From assembly GCA_030324005.1 (NCBI GenBank), contig JARDVH010000163.1, forward strand, positions 34,812,842-34,876,841: a DNA stretch of 64,000 bases, written 5' to 3'. This document shows, piece after piece, positions 52,171-64,000 of the stretch (position 1 is the stretch's first letter; each line of letters begins with the position of its first letter). The translations under genes were made by a program, and so were the position numbers. Under the pieces are notes generated by a model that made no database searches, was not told the origin of the DNA, and was given only the letters and a program-made list of their open reading frames with translations. The DNA comes from Negaprion brevirostris (lineage: Eukaryota).

Positions 52171-52449
52171 TGGGTGGCATGGTGGCACAGTGGTCAGCAC
52201 TGGTGCCTCACAGCACAAGGGTCACTGTCTGTACGGAGTTCTCCCCATCTCGATGTGGGTTTCCTCTGGGTGCTTTTGTTTCCTCCCACAGTCTGAAAGA
52301 CATGCTAGTAAGGGTGCATTGGCCATGCTAAATTGTCTTTCAATTTACCCGAATAGGCGCCGGAGTGTGGCGACGAGGGGATTTTCACTAACTTCATTGC
52401 AGTGTTAATGTAAGCCGCCTTGTGACACTAATAAATAAACTGTAAAACT
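52171..52449 (+). mobile_element. V-SINE, type B tail
   Basis: ggcatggtggcacagtggtcagcactgg...ggcgccggagtgtggcgacgaggggattttcac...tgtgacactaataaataaact. Confidence 0.9.
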
Positions 52450-53204
52450 GCCCTTCTTGTCATTGTAAATGGGATAGTGGGCAATTAAAATTGGTGCCTT
52501 TAACTAACACAAACCAATTACATCACAGAGGTCTTCAATGACATTTTTATTTGAGAGTATGGTAATAACTGACAAACTTTAATAGTAATTTATAGAAGTG
52601 AATGACGTGCAGTAAAAATGCACATATTTAAAGGGAGCTATTACAGCTCCCAGTATAAAGTAATAGCTCTGGTAAGTGTCATAACCTTTATAGTGAACCA
52701 TTTAATTACTGCTGACAGTAAAGTCCAGCCAAAAAATTATAATAATTTATTAAAATCTGGTCCAATATCTCAATCATAACTTTCTGCCACCTGATCGCCA
52801 ATTTAGTTGTAGGGTGAATCAACCAACCTTTCATTCTTTTAAGTTTCTAGTCCTGCATGCAATTATAGTTTTAGGAATTGCCTCAAGTTCTGAAGAGCAG
52901 ACTCTGTCATTCAGGTGGCTTGATGGTTTTAAGAAGGTTTCAAAGTGTGGAAGAATAAGTGTCCAGGACAAGGGAGATCTAAACTTTCTCTGTCGGAGCC
53001 TGAAGGGAGATTTGTTCCCCTTGGATATTTATAACTTTGCCTGTTTGAGCCTCTTCCATCCCAGACTCCTCTCTTTCCTCGTAACACTTGGCAAGGAAGT
53101 AATAATCATTTTGCCGCTCATGCTGTTTAAAATCAAAGCCTGATCTGTATTTTTTAAAAAGTACCTCTTGCCTATTTCTGGTAAATGTCGTTGGGTGCTC
53201 AAAA

Positions 53205-53400
53205 AGTAAGTAATGTCACCATAGTTCCAAATGACCACAGGATGTGACTGGTGCTGATTTAACTTGAGGATCACCACTCCTCAGGTGAGGAGCAAGGTTG
53301 AAGAGGCAGGCCTTCATGAATAACCTCAGGCAGTACAGGAATTGAATCCATGCTGTTGGCATCACTCTGTCACTAACCAGCCATCTGAGCTAACTGATCT
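53205..53400 (-). mobile_element. tRNA-derived SINE, same family as 46779-46957
   Basis: gtcaccatagttccaaatgaccacagg...gatttaacttgaggatcaccac...ggaattgaatcc...gagctaactga. Confidence 0.7.
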
Positions 53401-53423
53401 GACCAGATTTATACATGCAAAGG

Positions 53424-53703
53424 TTTAAAGTTTATTTGTTAGTGTCACAAGTACATTAACATCACAGTGAAGTTACTGGGAAAATCCTTTTAGTTGCCAC
53501 ACTGTGTCACTGTTTGAGTACACTGAGGAAGAATTTAGCATGGCCATTGCACCTAACCAGCATGTCTTTCAGACTGTGGAGGCAACTGGGTGACCCAGAG
53601 GAAACTCACATAGACACAGGGAGAATGTTCAAATTCCCAAGCTGGGGCTTGAACCCAGGTCTCTCTGGCAGCAGAGCTAACCACAGTGCCATCATTCCAC
53701 CCA
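53424..53703 (-). mobile_element. V-SINE, type B tail
   Basis: tttaaagtttatttgttagtgtcacaagt...gctaaccacagtgccatc. Confidence 0.85.
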
Positions 53704-54262
53704 CATGCCTTGTACTGTCGATGGCTATTTTCAAGTGTTAAATAACTAATTTGGATTACNNNNNNNNNNACAAGAAATAAGCAAACCTTATCCCTTTGTT
53801 ATTACATGCAAAGTGAGGCTCCAGAAAGGTAGCCTAAAATAGGAGAGCAGAGTACCAGATGATTTTTAACAGCATGCCCTTTAGATTCGGCCAAGGTTAA
53901 AATTGCCTTTCAAGTCAGTAACTGGGAAGGAAGGCAAATGGAAAGTTGATTGCACATTTCAAATCTTTGAATAGTTGTGTATTCCCTTTCACTGCAAACA
54001 CTATCCCCTTTGATTACACAGGGTGAATAAATGGTTGTTGTCGTTAGCAATTTAGTACTCTAGAAAGGTCATATCCTCTTTTGATGTGTCTCAGCATGTG
54101 CTAGTTTCCAGACAACAATGGAAAGTCTATTGCAAGGACTGCCATGAGTTGTAGTAGACCTAGATGATGTTATGATATCTGATCGACAGAGGCTAACTTA
54201 GAGAAGGTGTTATAGAAATTTCAAGATACTGGAGGTTGCCTCAAGAAGGAGAAATGTTCTTT

Positions 54263-54589
54263 AGGGTGGCATGGTGACACAGTGGTTAGCACTGCTGCCT
54301 CACAGTGCCTGGGACCCAGGTTCAATTCTGGCCTTGGATCACTGTCTGTGTGAAGTTTGCACATTCTCCCTGCGTCTGCGTGAGTTTCCTTCGGTGTTCC
54401 GGTTTCCTCCCACACTCCAAAGATGAGTGAGTTAGGTGCATTGGCCAGGCTAAGTTGTCCCTTAGTGTCAAGGGGACTAACTAGGGTAAATAGGTGGGGT
54501 TGAGGGGGTTTGGCCTGGGTAGAATTGTGGTTGGTGCACACACAATGGGCCAAATGGTTGTCTTCTGCACTGCAGGAATTCTATGATTA
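54263..54589 (+). mobile_element. HE1-type V-SINE inserted into Gypsy RT
   Basis: Full head, V-domain and CR1-type tail, splitting the RT peptide EKCS|TTEIAYLG. Confidence 0.9.
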
Positions 54590-56569
54590 TAAACCACTGA
54601 GATAGCTTATCTGGGGTATCATGTAGATGGACAAGGATTACAGCCCATGGAAGACCATGTCAGAGCAATAAAGGAGGCACCAGCCCCCAGAAACACATTT
54701 GAACTCAAGTCACTCTTAGGAATGGTGAATTACTTTGGGTGTTTTCAATCATGTTTGTCGACATTATTGGTTTCCTTGTATTAGTTTTGGGAAGATGTCC
54801 CGGACAGAAGCTTTTAACAATAAAACAATTTTTACATTTATTGAGTTTATTGATGCATTTTTACCTGTCTAGGGAATTGCTGTTGACCTGTGACGTGCCC
54901 CCATAGAGCGTTGGTGTAGTATTGTCCCATAAGATGGATGATGAATCTGAAAGACCTTTCATTTACATCTTAAGAGCCCTGCCTAGGCCAAAAAAGGCTA
55001 CTGTCAAATTTAAAAAGAAGGCTTTTCAATAGTATATGGGATAAAGAAGTCCCAGCAGTGTGTGTATATGACACACTTTATCAGGCTACGGTTTATTTTT
55101 TAGGAAGGCATGGCTATTCCATCAATCATATCAGCGTTAATTCTGTCTACCTACGAAAATACGTTCAAGCACCAGCATGGAACACATTTGGTGAATGCGG
55201 ATGCATTTAGCTGGCTGCCTTTGCTAGAGTGTAGCATCTCCCCCCAATACCTCAGAAATCTCTTGGACACTCTGCCAGTTTCGATGTAGTAAATCAAATA
55301 TTGGACGAGCCAGGATCTGCTGTTGTCCAAAGTGAGGGAGGATAATAAAAGGTTGGGCCAGTGAGCCAGTTTCAGAAGAGATGAAGCTATATTATGTATG
55401 GAAAGATTAATTAAGTTGCAAAATGGCATCATACTTTAGGGAGCCGGAGTAATTGTCCTTATACTAGGAAGGCAGTTGCTCCTAGCCAAATTGCACACTG
55501 CCCATCTGGATATATTTAAGATGTAAATGCTCATCAGGAGTTATCTATGGTGGTGTGGCATTGATGCTGAGTCTAGTGAATAATGCCAATTACAACAAAG
55601 ATTGCTTGCTACAGCCCCATTGCGTCCTTGAGAATGGACAGCCAACCATGGATATGAGTTCATGTTGATTATGTGGGGCCATTCTTGGGTGCAACGTTTT
55701 TGCTCCTCTTGGATGTCCATTCAAAGTGAATGGAAGTATTTGAAATGAAGTCTACGACATCAAACACTTCAATTGAAAGATTGTGTCAGTACTTTTCGAC
55801 GCACGGGATATCTGAAATCATAGTGTCGGATAATGGAACAGGAGTGCTGAATCCAAAATTTCACCTCCTTGAATGGTGTCAAGTATATCGGCACTGTGTC
55901 TTACCACCCAACACCCAATGGATTGGCTGAATGAGCAGTCCAAACCTTCAATCTGGGCCTTACAAAAGTCTCTCAACACAAGGTTACACCAGGCCTTACG
56001 AAGCAGTCACGGGCAACCCTGGAGACCAGAATCTCATGATTCCTTCTAGGCTATAGAATCACTCCACACTCTACAGTGGGAGTCCTACCAGCAGCATTGT
56101 TGATAGGCTGGAGTCTTAGGACCAGAATAAACCTGCCTCAAGTTGGGACTCAGNNNNNNNNNNAACAGGACCTTTGTCTTATGAAGTGTATATATAAAGG
56201 AGAATCGTCTGGAAGCGTGTAGCCCATTTAAGAGGACAGGAGTTGTCCCAACAGTCAGTACTGCCGCCTGAAGCCATGTTGCCAGCAGGAAATGTTGTTG
56301 CCTATCTAAGCAGTGAAGTACCTAGTCAGCTTGTGACAGATGAGTCTGTTGTCTCCATGGAAATGGATGAAGCTGAATTACCAGTATCTGGTACAATCGT
56401 TTCTGCAGGAAGCAACCCTAACAGAGGAGTTGTGCACTCCACTAGAAATTAGAAATCACCTGAAAGATTCAATTTATGCTGGACTGAATGCGCACATTTA
56501 AGGTCCAAATTATTGGGGATCGAGTAAGTTAAATGTTATCAATGTATAAAAGAACATAAGGGGAAGGGA

Positions 56570-56799
56570 TGCGGTATTGTTCCCTTTAAGGGGCAAGCTG
56601 CAAGAGGGTCACATGACCTGGGTAACCAATCAGGAACCAGGGTGGGTGGGAAAATCACCATAGGAAATGTGGGCTTTAGTATCAGTTCAACTCTTGAAGC
56701 TGATTGGCAGCCATGAGGCTGCAAAACTCTATGATATACTTGTATGTAAATAAACATTGCAGCTGTGATTTACCTAACTGGTGGACAGGAATTATTACA
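56570..56799 (+). repeat. 3' LTR of the Gypsy element
   Basis: Starts TG immediately after the PPT, ends attattaCA, contains CCAAT and AATAAA. Confidence 0.75.
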
Positions 56800-57334
56800 A
56801 TATCTATGTCTCCATTGATTCCTGAGAGACCTCATTATCAATTATCACTATTGGTTTTGTTTCTTTCTGTCTTTTCATTTCAATATTCTAATGGCTATCT
56901 TTAATTCACACCCTTGCTCTCACTCGGGTTATCCCAGCAGATTGTAGGTCTTCAGTGAATTTGGTCAACAAGATAGTTGCTGTGACTTTCCTTGTGAGGT
57001 TTGAAGAGTATTTCTGCTCCTGTGAACTCAATAAAGGAAATTCTTGCCTTGAGAATCTCCTTTGTCCTTTTCAAAACATACCAAGCATCTTCAGCCTGGT
57101 AAGAAAATCATTCAACCTCCATGCTCAGGATCTGTTTGTTTATGCTATTGGGGACCCATTGATTATTAGAATCCCAATTCACATAAGTACGTGTATTTCC
57201 CATCTAATTTAGGCATTATCCACCTGCAGAACTTGCACATTAATATTTGAAGCAACAACAGGGACTGAGTTCCAAATGAGTATGTAACCCACTCATTTCT
57301 ATTTGCAAACCTTGCCAAGTTTTGTTAGGATAGA

Positions 57335-57470
57335 ATGGTTAAACTATGGGCAGCAGGTGAGTAAGTGGAACTGAACCACTATCAGATCAGTCATGATCTT
57401 ATTGAATGGTGGGGCAGTCTCAAGGGGCTAGATAGTCTACTCCTGCTTCTATTTCTTGTGTTCTTATGTA
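57335..57470 (+). mobile_element. CR1 3' UTR fragment
   Basis: agatcagtcatgatcttattgaatggtggggcagtctcaaggggc...tactcctgcttctatttcttgtgttcttatg. Confidence 0.8.
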
Positions 57471-57954
57471 AATTTACCCCCTGGTGAAAATTAGCCTTTT
57501 CTTTCATATAGTAAGATGAAATCTAATCTACTCTTACAATGTAAAGGCTTTGCTTTATTTTATACATTGTGTGATCAAGCTACTGGTCCTGACAATGACA
57601 GTGAAATTAATCAAATTACTGACAATGAGATAAGCAGTTCAAATATGCGTTATATGGTCAACATATTGAAGGGACATTTGTAATTATGGACTCATTTTGT
57701 TCACTTGTTCTGACTAATTATTAAACAAACAAAAATCACAGAGTACAGCACTATTGCAGTGAGATACGCCGTTATCTGTGCCAACATTAATGAGTTTCAC
57801 ATAAATTATTAATCAGAAGTATAATGGTTAATCAGTTATTAATGAACAGACTGCACTTGTGGAAAAATAGGTTTGGTATATTTGGGCTAGATTTGACATT
57901 TGAAGTCAGTATTTCCCTGGTGCAGCTTATTGTTGCTTTAGCTCATCGATCAAT

Positions 57955-58478
57955 GGGTGGAATTCTCCCAAGCCCTCACCAGCATGTTTGATGGCGAGCA
58001 GAGTGGGAGAATATGTCAGGAGGACCAGATGTCTGTTTCATGCCAGCACGAATTTACAACTGGATTTTCCACTGGCGCCCGCTATGGTGGGTTGAAACCT
58101 CTGGAGCTTGTAACCCTGGATCACCACCGCTGTGGGTTAGGGATGTATTTGTAGCTGGATCTTCCAGGTCTGGTGTGCTGGACAGGGTCCATCTTCTAGC
58201 CTCAATGTGCCTGGAGACCCAACTTAATTCTCAGGAAGTTCACCTTCTTTCTTCAAGTGATGTTGGCTGCCTTTTTTCAATATGGACACAAGGGCAGACC
58301 ATACACCATTCAGGCCTGCCTTGTTATTGAATACAGCATGAAGCACCCGAGGGTGCATAATTAATGAGGTCATGGCTGGAAGATTTTGTGTGTTTTCCCA
58401 CTGGCCACCACAGTGGGAAACACGCAAGGTTCCTGCCTCTACAATGGCGCTTAGTCTCAAAATGGGAGAATTCCACCC
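57955..58478. mobile_element. Non-autonomous DNA transposon with perfect 16-bp TIRs (Harbinger-like)
   Basis: gggtggaattctccca ... tgggagaattccaccc; flanks aat / act. Confidence 0.85.
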
Positions 58479-58589
58479 ACTATATCAGTTAAAAATATCA
58501 ACTGAAAGAAAAGTGTAAACTTAAAGCAAAATAAGAATCGGGACCAGCAAAGTGTTTTTTACACAGTAAGACGGTTTAAATATAAACCA

Positions 58590-58750
58590 ACAACAAAATG
58601 TTGGAAAACCTCAGCAGGCCTGACAGCATCTGTTGGGAGAGAATATAGCCCACATTTCTAGTCTAGGTGGCTGTTTGTCAGACCTGCTGAGATTTTCCAG
58701 CATTTTCTGTTTTTGGTCCAGATTCCAGCATCCACAGTATTTTGCTTTTA
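58590..58750. mobile_element. Penelope-like inverted repeat remnant
   Basis: aaaatgttggaaaacctcagcaggcctgaca ... tgtcagacctgctgagattttccagcatttt. Confidence 0.7.
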
Positions 58751-59748
58751 CCTAAATATAAAACAAGAATGAAAGCAATCCCTACAGATCCAGAAGTTCT
58801 ATTTCACTTTTCAAAGACGCTTGGTCTGAGTCCGTTACCCAAGCAGCTCAAATTTTTATCAATACGTTATAAATGTTGCATTCTATTTGCATAATAAATT
58901 TTACACAATGGGTAAGATATTGGGCTCGTTAACCACCAATTTCGGGTGCAACAAATCCCTTAAAAGTCCAAAATGGCATCAGCAGCAGTATGAGCACATT
59001 ACATGTGAATCTCACTGGATGTTGTATTGATGAATGTGTTAACGCACCTGCAGTGAACAGTTGCTAAAAGTGCGCAGAACAGGAAGTTGGTATCTTCTGC
59101 CTTTGCTTGGACTATACACATTTCTGGTGCTTCTATTGCTGTTTAAAGTTGTAAATGTCTGGGGGAATGAGTGGCATATGCTAAAGAAGTTTTGGTGACT
59201 TCAGGACTTCCCAAATAGGGCGCAAGTAGATATTCACCAGCATGACAAGCTGTTGGGAGAGGGAGAAGACTTCTCAGCAGGGGGCAATATTTGTCTCAGT
59301 ACTAAAGCAGCAATTCTCCTACTTGAACCTCTAAGGAAAAATTTCTGAGACATCTTTGCTTCAGTAATGACCCTGCCATTGAAATCTGAGCATGTTACAG
59401 TCATAGCCGCAACATCAGAGCAGGCCTAGATCTGCATTGCCACAGGTTGAAAATGGCCATGAACCTGCATGTGTCTAGGTTCCTTCCAGGCAAGAGTTGA
59501 AATTAGCAGTTTGCTATCCACTATGGTATAAAGAAAGTGCTGAGGCTGTCTACTCAATGAGAAATAATTGCATTTTATACTCCTGCCTAAGGCGAGTAAG
59601 TAGAATGAGAATATGACTTCTCCAGGATTGCAGACTTTCTTATGATTCCATACCACAGATTGCATTCATCGCTTTGGAAACACCACCTGTCAATACTGGA
59701 ACTGAAATAGATTGCGCATCTCAACATCTAGCTGGCATGTTACCATAC

Positions 59749-60350
59749 TGTTGTGAAACCATTGTTTTATAATAAATGACTTTACGAATCTACAGACTGG
59801 AAGTCACTAATTGAACTTTAGAAAGTACTAAAGCCACATTCCAATGACTTTAAACCACAGCTAAAGATGGCTGCCAATCTATATCACTAACTTTTACATT
59901 CCAAAGCCACTAAATTGGAGACAACTACAAAAACTCACCAGGAACCATTACAATGAAGTAGTATGAATGAAGGACATCTCCTATCCCAATAGAAAAGCAT
60001 CCAGGCAATCACGTGGGTTTCCAACTAAGTGGAGACAAATCATTTGATATAATCACTTGGACAATGGCACCCTAGCTTTGAAAGAAAATTTCGCAGACAT
60101 CATCTAAGCACAGGTGATATGGTGATGCAATAGTTAGCACGGCTGCCTCTCAGCTCCAGGAACCTGGGATTCCCCATGACCCTGAATTGGAGTAAGCAGT
60201 TAAGGGAAGGGCAAGAATTGCAGTGAAGATAATTTTAAGCAAGTAAGTCAAGCAACAGGAATCCACTAGCCATAACTACATTTGGATCATTGGGTAGTTG
60301 AAGAGAGCGGGTCTTGTGGCAGCTTACTCTTGGTGTGTTTAAGCAATAAA
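59749..60350 (+). mobile_element. Unclassified insertion, possibly an LTR remnant, containing a V-SINE head (60112-60170)
   Basis: Interrupts the Harbinger transposase, starts TGTTGTG, AATAAA near its end. Confidence 0.35.
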
Positions 60351-61469
60351 GAAATGCTACAGAGGACTGGTCAGAGGCAAAAGATGACATGGGTTATTCA
60401 CTGAAAATATGAATGATCACTCTCTGGTGAGCGACCCACTCAGACATACACAGCATGAAAACAGTAAGATGTTGTAGAACAGACCATTGGCTTGCTGGAA
60501 CAATTGTTCCACTGTGTGGCCCACTCTGGAGGAACCCTGCAGTACTTAGCTGAGTGGGGTCAAGATTCTTGGCTGGCAGTTGTGCACTCCACAACCTTGC
60601 CATCAAGAGGGTACAGTGGTTCCTGCTGATTATATCCACAAGCAGCTCCAGAAATAAGAGCATTAGGAGGAGGATGAAGGAAGGGTACAAGTTAGACAGC
60701 TGCTTTCTTCTCTGGCTGTCTATGTGGAACTCAATGTGTGATATTGTTAACCACAACTCCAATTCTCCATTCATCATCAGCCCAAATTCTAACTTGCTTT
60801 TGTCACTGATCTTATTTGCAGCTACTTTGCCACATGCAAAAATAAAACACTGCAAAAAAAACTTTCAAAACCAAATTTATAAATAAATTCTTGCCACATT
60901 GCATAATGTTTTATAGTATGCATCCTCCTATTTAAATGTATGTACTAATATATTTAGTGGATATAAGCATGCATGGATGATGTCATTGGCAGTGCAGGTT
61001 TTAGCGGAGCTGGACTTGCTGCGAGGGACCTGCGTAACTAGATGCCTTTAGATTGGAGTCCATGCTGTGCTGTATTTTGATATGTTTGGAAGTAAAGAAA
61101 ATTGAACATCACAAGGCATTTTGACTACCTTTTTTGTGGCCAAGTTACCACACATTAAAATCCATTACCACCCTTAGTACCTGTCTTCCATGTATCTTTG
61201 CCTTACCTGGTGCTTCTACTACAGTGCTATGTCAGTGCTGGTTGGTGGAAGGCTGCTTTCTCCCAATAGGGTAGATGGCTGATGAGCTTGGAGATCAACC
61301 TCTGGAAGCTCTGGGGCTAAAAGGCCGAGTTGTGGACTGCACCATCTCAGCACAGATGACAGCAGACTGGGCTGGGTGACTGATGGGCAACAATGCACTG
61401 AAATAACATCCCAAAAATATTTATAAAATCAAGAGGTGAAAAGTAATTGAAAAACTAATAAAACTAAAA

Positions 61470-61729
61470 AAGTTAGTTTACTCAGTCACAAGTAAGGTTT
61501 ATATTAACACTGCAGTGAAATTTAATTAGTCGCCACAGTCCAGCGCCTGTTTGGGTCAATGCACATAACCGGTATGTCTTTCAGAATGTGGGAGAAAACT
61601 GCAGGAAACCCACGCAGATACGGGGAGAACATGCAAACTTCATACAGACAGTGACTCAAGCCGGGAATCGAAGCCGGGACCCTAGTGCTGTGATGCAGAA
61701 ATGCTAATCACTGTGCTACCGTGCCGCCT
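61470..61729 (-). mobile_element. V-SINE, type B tail
   Basis: gtcacaagtaagg...ggaaacccacgcagatacggggagaacatgcaaact...cactgtgctaccgtgccgcc. Confidence 0.88.
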
Positions 61730-61730
61730 A

Positions 61731-63420
61731 AAGGCTGACAAGCCCCCAGGACCGAATGGATTTCATCCTAGGGCCTTAAAAGGAATGGCTGCTAAAATAA
61801 AAGATGCACTCATTGTAATTTTCCAAAATTCCCTAAATTCTGGGAAGTCCCATCTGATTAGAAAATAGCAAATGTAACACTTCTATTCAAGAAGGGAAGG
61901 AAACAGAAGTGAGGAAATTGTAGCCCAGTTAGCCTAACATCCGCAGAGGGAAAATGCTAGAATCTATTGTTAAAGAGGTTATAAAGAACAAAGAACAACC
62001 CAGCATGGGAAACAGGCCCTTCGGCCCAACGAGCCCGCGCCGCCAGGGCATTTGGAAAATCTTAATGCAATCGGGCAAAACCAGGTCAACATGGTTTTGT
62101 GAAAGGAAAATCACATTTGGCTAATTTACTGGAGTTCTTTTGAGAAAGTAACAAGTGATGTGGATAAGGGAGAACTTGTAAATATGATGCATTTAGTTTT
62201 CCAAAGGAGGTTTGATAAGATGCCACATCAAAGACTATTATATAAAATAAGAGTTCGTGGTGTAGGGGGTTAACATATTAGCGTGGGTAGAGGATTGCTT
62301 AGCAAACGAAAAACAGTAGAGATAAATGGGTTGGCCAGTTGTAACTCTGCCAACTGTGCGTGGTGCCTCAATGATTTATAATCTATATCAATCATTTTGA
62401 TGAAGGGACCAATTTGCTAATGACGCAAAAATGGGTAGGAAAGTAAGTTATGATGAGGACATAAAGCATCTGCAAAGGGATTTAGATAGGTTAATTGCGT
62501 GAGTAAAAATCTAGCAGATGATGTATAATGTGGGAAAATGTACACTTTGAAAGGAAGAATAGAAAAGCAGTATATTACTTAAATGGAGAGAGATTGCAAC
62601 ATAGAGGGATCAAGGTGTCATAGAACACAAAATTAGCATCCAGGTAAACCAAGTGATTAGGAAGGCCAAATTGAATGCCTATTGTAAGGGAAATGGAACC
62701 TGTAAAACTCAAAGTTTTACTGTAGCTATGCAGGCCCTTGGCAAGACTACATCTGGAGTACTGTGTACAATTTTGATCTCTTTTTAGTTGAAAAACGGTA
62801 TAATTGCATTAGAAGGAATTTGGAGATGGTTCCCTCAACTCTTTAACTCTTTCCTGAGTTAAAGGATGTAACTTTTGTGAAAGGTGTGAACAGATTGGCC
62901 TATACCCAAACTAGTTTAAAAAAATTGGGAGGTAATCATATTAACACACAAAATCCTAAGGGAATATGACAGTGGTAAAGACTAGAAATAGGAGACATGG
63001 TTTAAGAATATGCTCTCCCTTTTTATGACTGAAGTGAGGATTTTTTTCTGTCATTGGCCGGAATTTTACTGTCTCGCCCATCATGGGAATTGGAGTGGGC
63101 AAGGGGTACACCATGGAAAGGTCTGTTAACCTCAGGTGAGATTTTACAGTTTTGGGATGAGCAAGGCCATAAAATACCTCTCATTATGTCTCTGAAATTC
63201 TCTTCCCCAGAAAGTAGTGGAGGCTGAGGTCATTAAATTTGTTCAAGGCAGAGTTGGATTGAATTTTGATAGATAAGGGAGTCGAGGATTATGGGGGTGG
63301 TGGGAGGGGATGGGGGCAGACAGGAAGGTGGACCACAAACGGATCAACCATGATCCAATTGAATGGCTGAGCAGACTTCGAGGGTCAAATGGCCTACACC
63401 TGCTCCTAAGTTCTGTGTTC
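61731..63420 (+). mobile_element. CR1 LINE RT region to 3' tail, with MITE insertion (63056-63181)
   Basis: KPPGPNGFHPRALK, ANVTLLFKKGRK, PVSLTS, QHGFVKGKSHLANLLEFF, FDKMPHQRL, FANDAKMG, LQRDLDRL, HLEYCVQF; CR1 tail. Confidence 0.93.
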
Positions 63421-63439
63421 CTTTGAAAGGAAGAATAGG

Positions 63440-63611
63440 GTCTGGAGTCCAAAAAATGTGTGGGTTAGATTGATTAGCATAAGTTGATCCCAGTGTCAGA
63501 GGGATGAGCAGGATAAATGTGTGCATAGGGATTGGGTGGGATTATAGCCGGTACAGACTCAATGAACCAAATGACCTCCTTCTGTTCTGCAGGGATTTTA
63601 TAATTCTATGA
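63440..63611 (+). mobile_element. 3' half of HE1-type V-SINE
   Basis: gtccaaaaaatgtgtgggttagattgattagc...aaatgacctccttctgttctgcagggatttta. Confidence 0.8.
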
Positions 63612-64000
63612 CAGCAGGTTCATGCTCTGTGGTGCCATTGCCACTCCCCCAGCATGACACCACATCAATATTAGTAACCTAGGAGAATGGGTGCGATGCT
63701 GCAAGTTTCTCTCACCTTGGTAATTACAGACAGCAGACTGAAACAACAGCTTGCATGACAGTTGTTATGAACTACTTCTGCAACAGGTGGTTTCTGCTTG
63801 TGCTTCAGCGCAAACTAATATTTGCCATCAGATGCTGTATCGTGGTTGGGTCCACATGTGTACCAATGGGCTTGGCCACCCACCATTTCCTTACAGAGGA
63901 GGATGGGCTTCAATTCCTGTATAAATTCCTGTGCCAACTTCATGCCAGACTCTTCCTGGTTCGAAGAGTCTATAGACCTTTTGGCAGGCATCCTAATGCA

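Larger units (their letters stand above)
54060..56799 (+). mobile_element. Decayed Gypsy/Ty3 LTR retrotransposon, 5'-truncated (RT, RNase H, integrase, PPT, 3' LTR)
   Basis: FQTTMESLLQGLP*VVVDLDDVMI, YLGYHVDGQGLQP, ELKSLLGMVNYF, LLTCDVPP*SVGVVLSH, VHVDYVGPFLG, STHGISEIIVSDNG; polypurine tract aaggggaaggga at 56558-56569. Confidence 0.92.
58920..64000 (+). mobile_element. Decayed Harbinger transposon split by later insertions
   Basis: Transposase N-part at about 59260-59745 (QFSYLNL, QFAIHYGIKKV, FSRIADF, LNI*LACYH) and C-part at about 60380-60610 (DMGYSL, VVEQTIGLL, SGGTLQY, CALHNLAI). Assignment of 61150-61400 and 63610-64000 is tentative. Confidence 0.65.

Noticed and set aside
1-64000. 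ORF-track entries as host protein-coding genes
   Set aside because: All are short, span N runs, or are fragments of TE proteins or SINE read-through; none resembles a host protein I recognise.

Overview
Vertebrate nuclear DNA, most likely a shark (inferred from abundant HE1-type V-SINEs plus the CR1, Rex1/Babar, Penelope, Harbinger and Gypsy fossils typical of cartilaginous fishes). It is draft-quality, with several N gaps. The window is almost entirely non-coding, and no entry in the ORF track is a credible host gene. The one convincing host-gene feature is a CpG-rich promoter at about 40.5-41.5 kb carrying a 21-nt first coding exon (MYQGHMQ|gt, + strand). From memory this matches the N-terminus of long predicted GSE1 isoforms, so 40.9-64 kb would be its first intron and 1-40 kb upstream intergenic DNA. 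The rest is decayed mobile elements, often nested, interleaved with AT-rich, motif-dense unique segments that look like conserved enhancers. I see no evidence for a wholly new biological system. The best leads are the GSE1-like promoter and exon, an AG|GTAAGT site 6.8 kb into the intron (recursive splice site or alternative MFVLQ exon), hammerhead-ribozyme cores in Penelope repeats, and SINE-LINE module sharing visible within the window. Repeat family names are by recognition, not database search, and boundaries are approximate.
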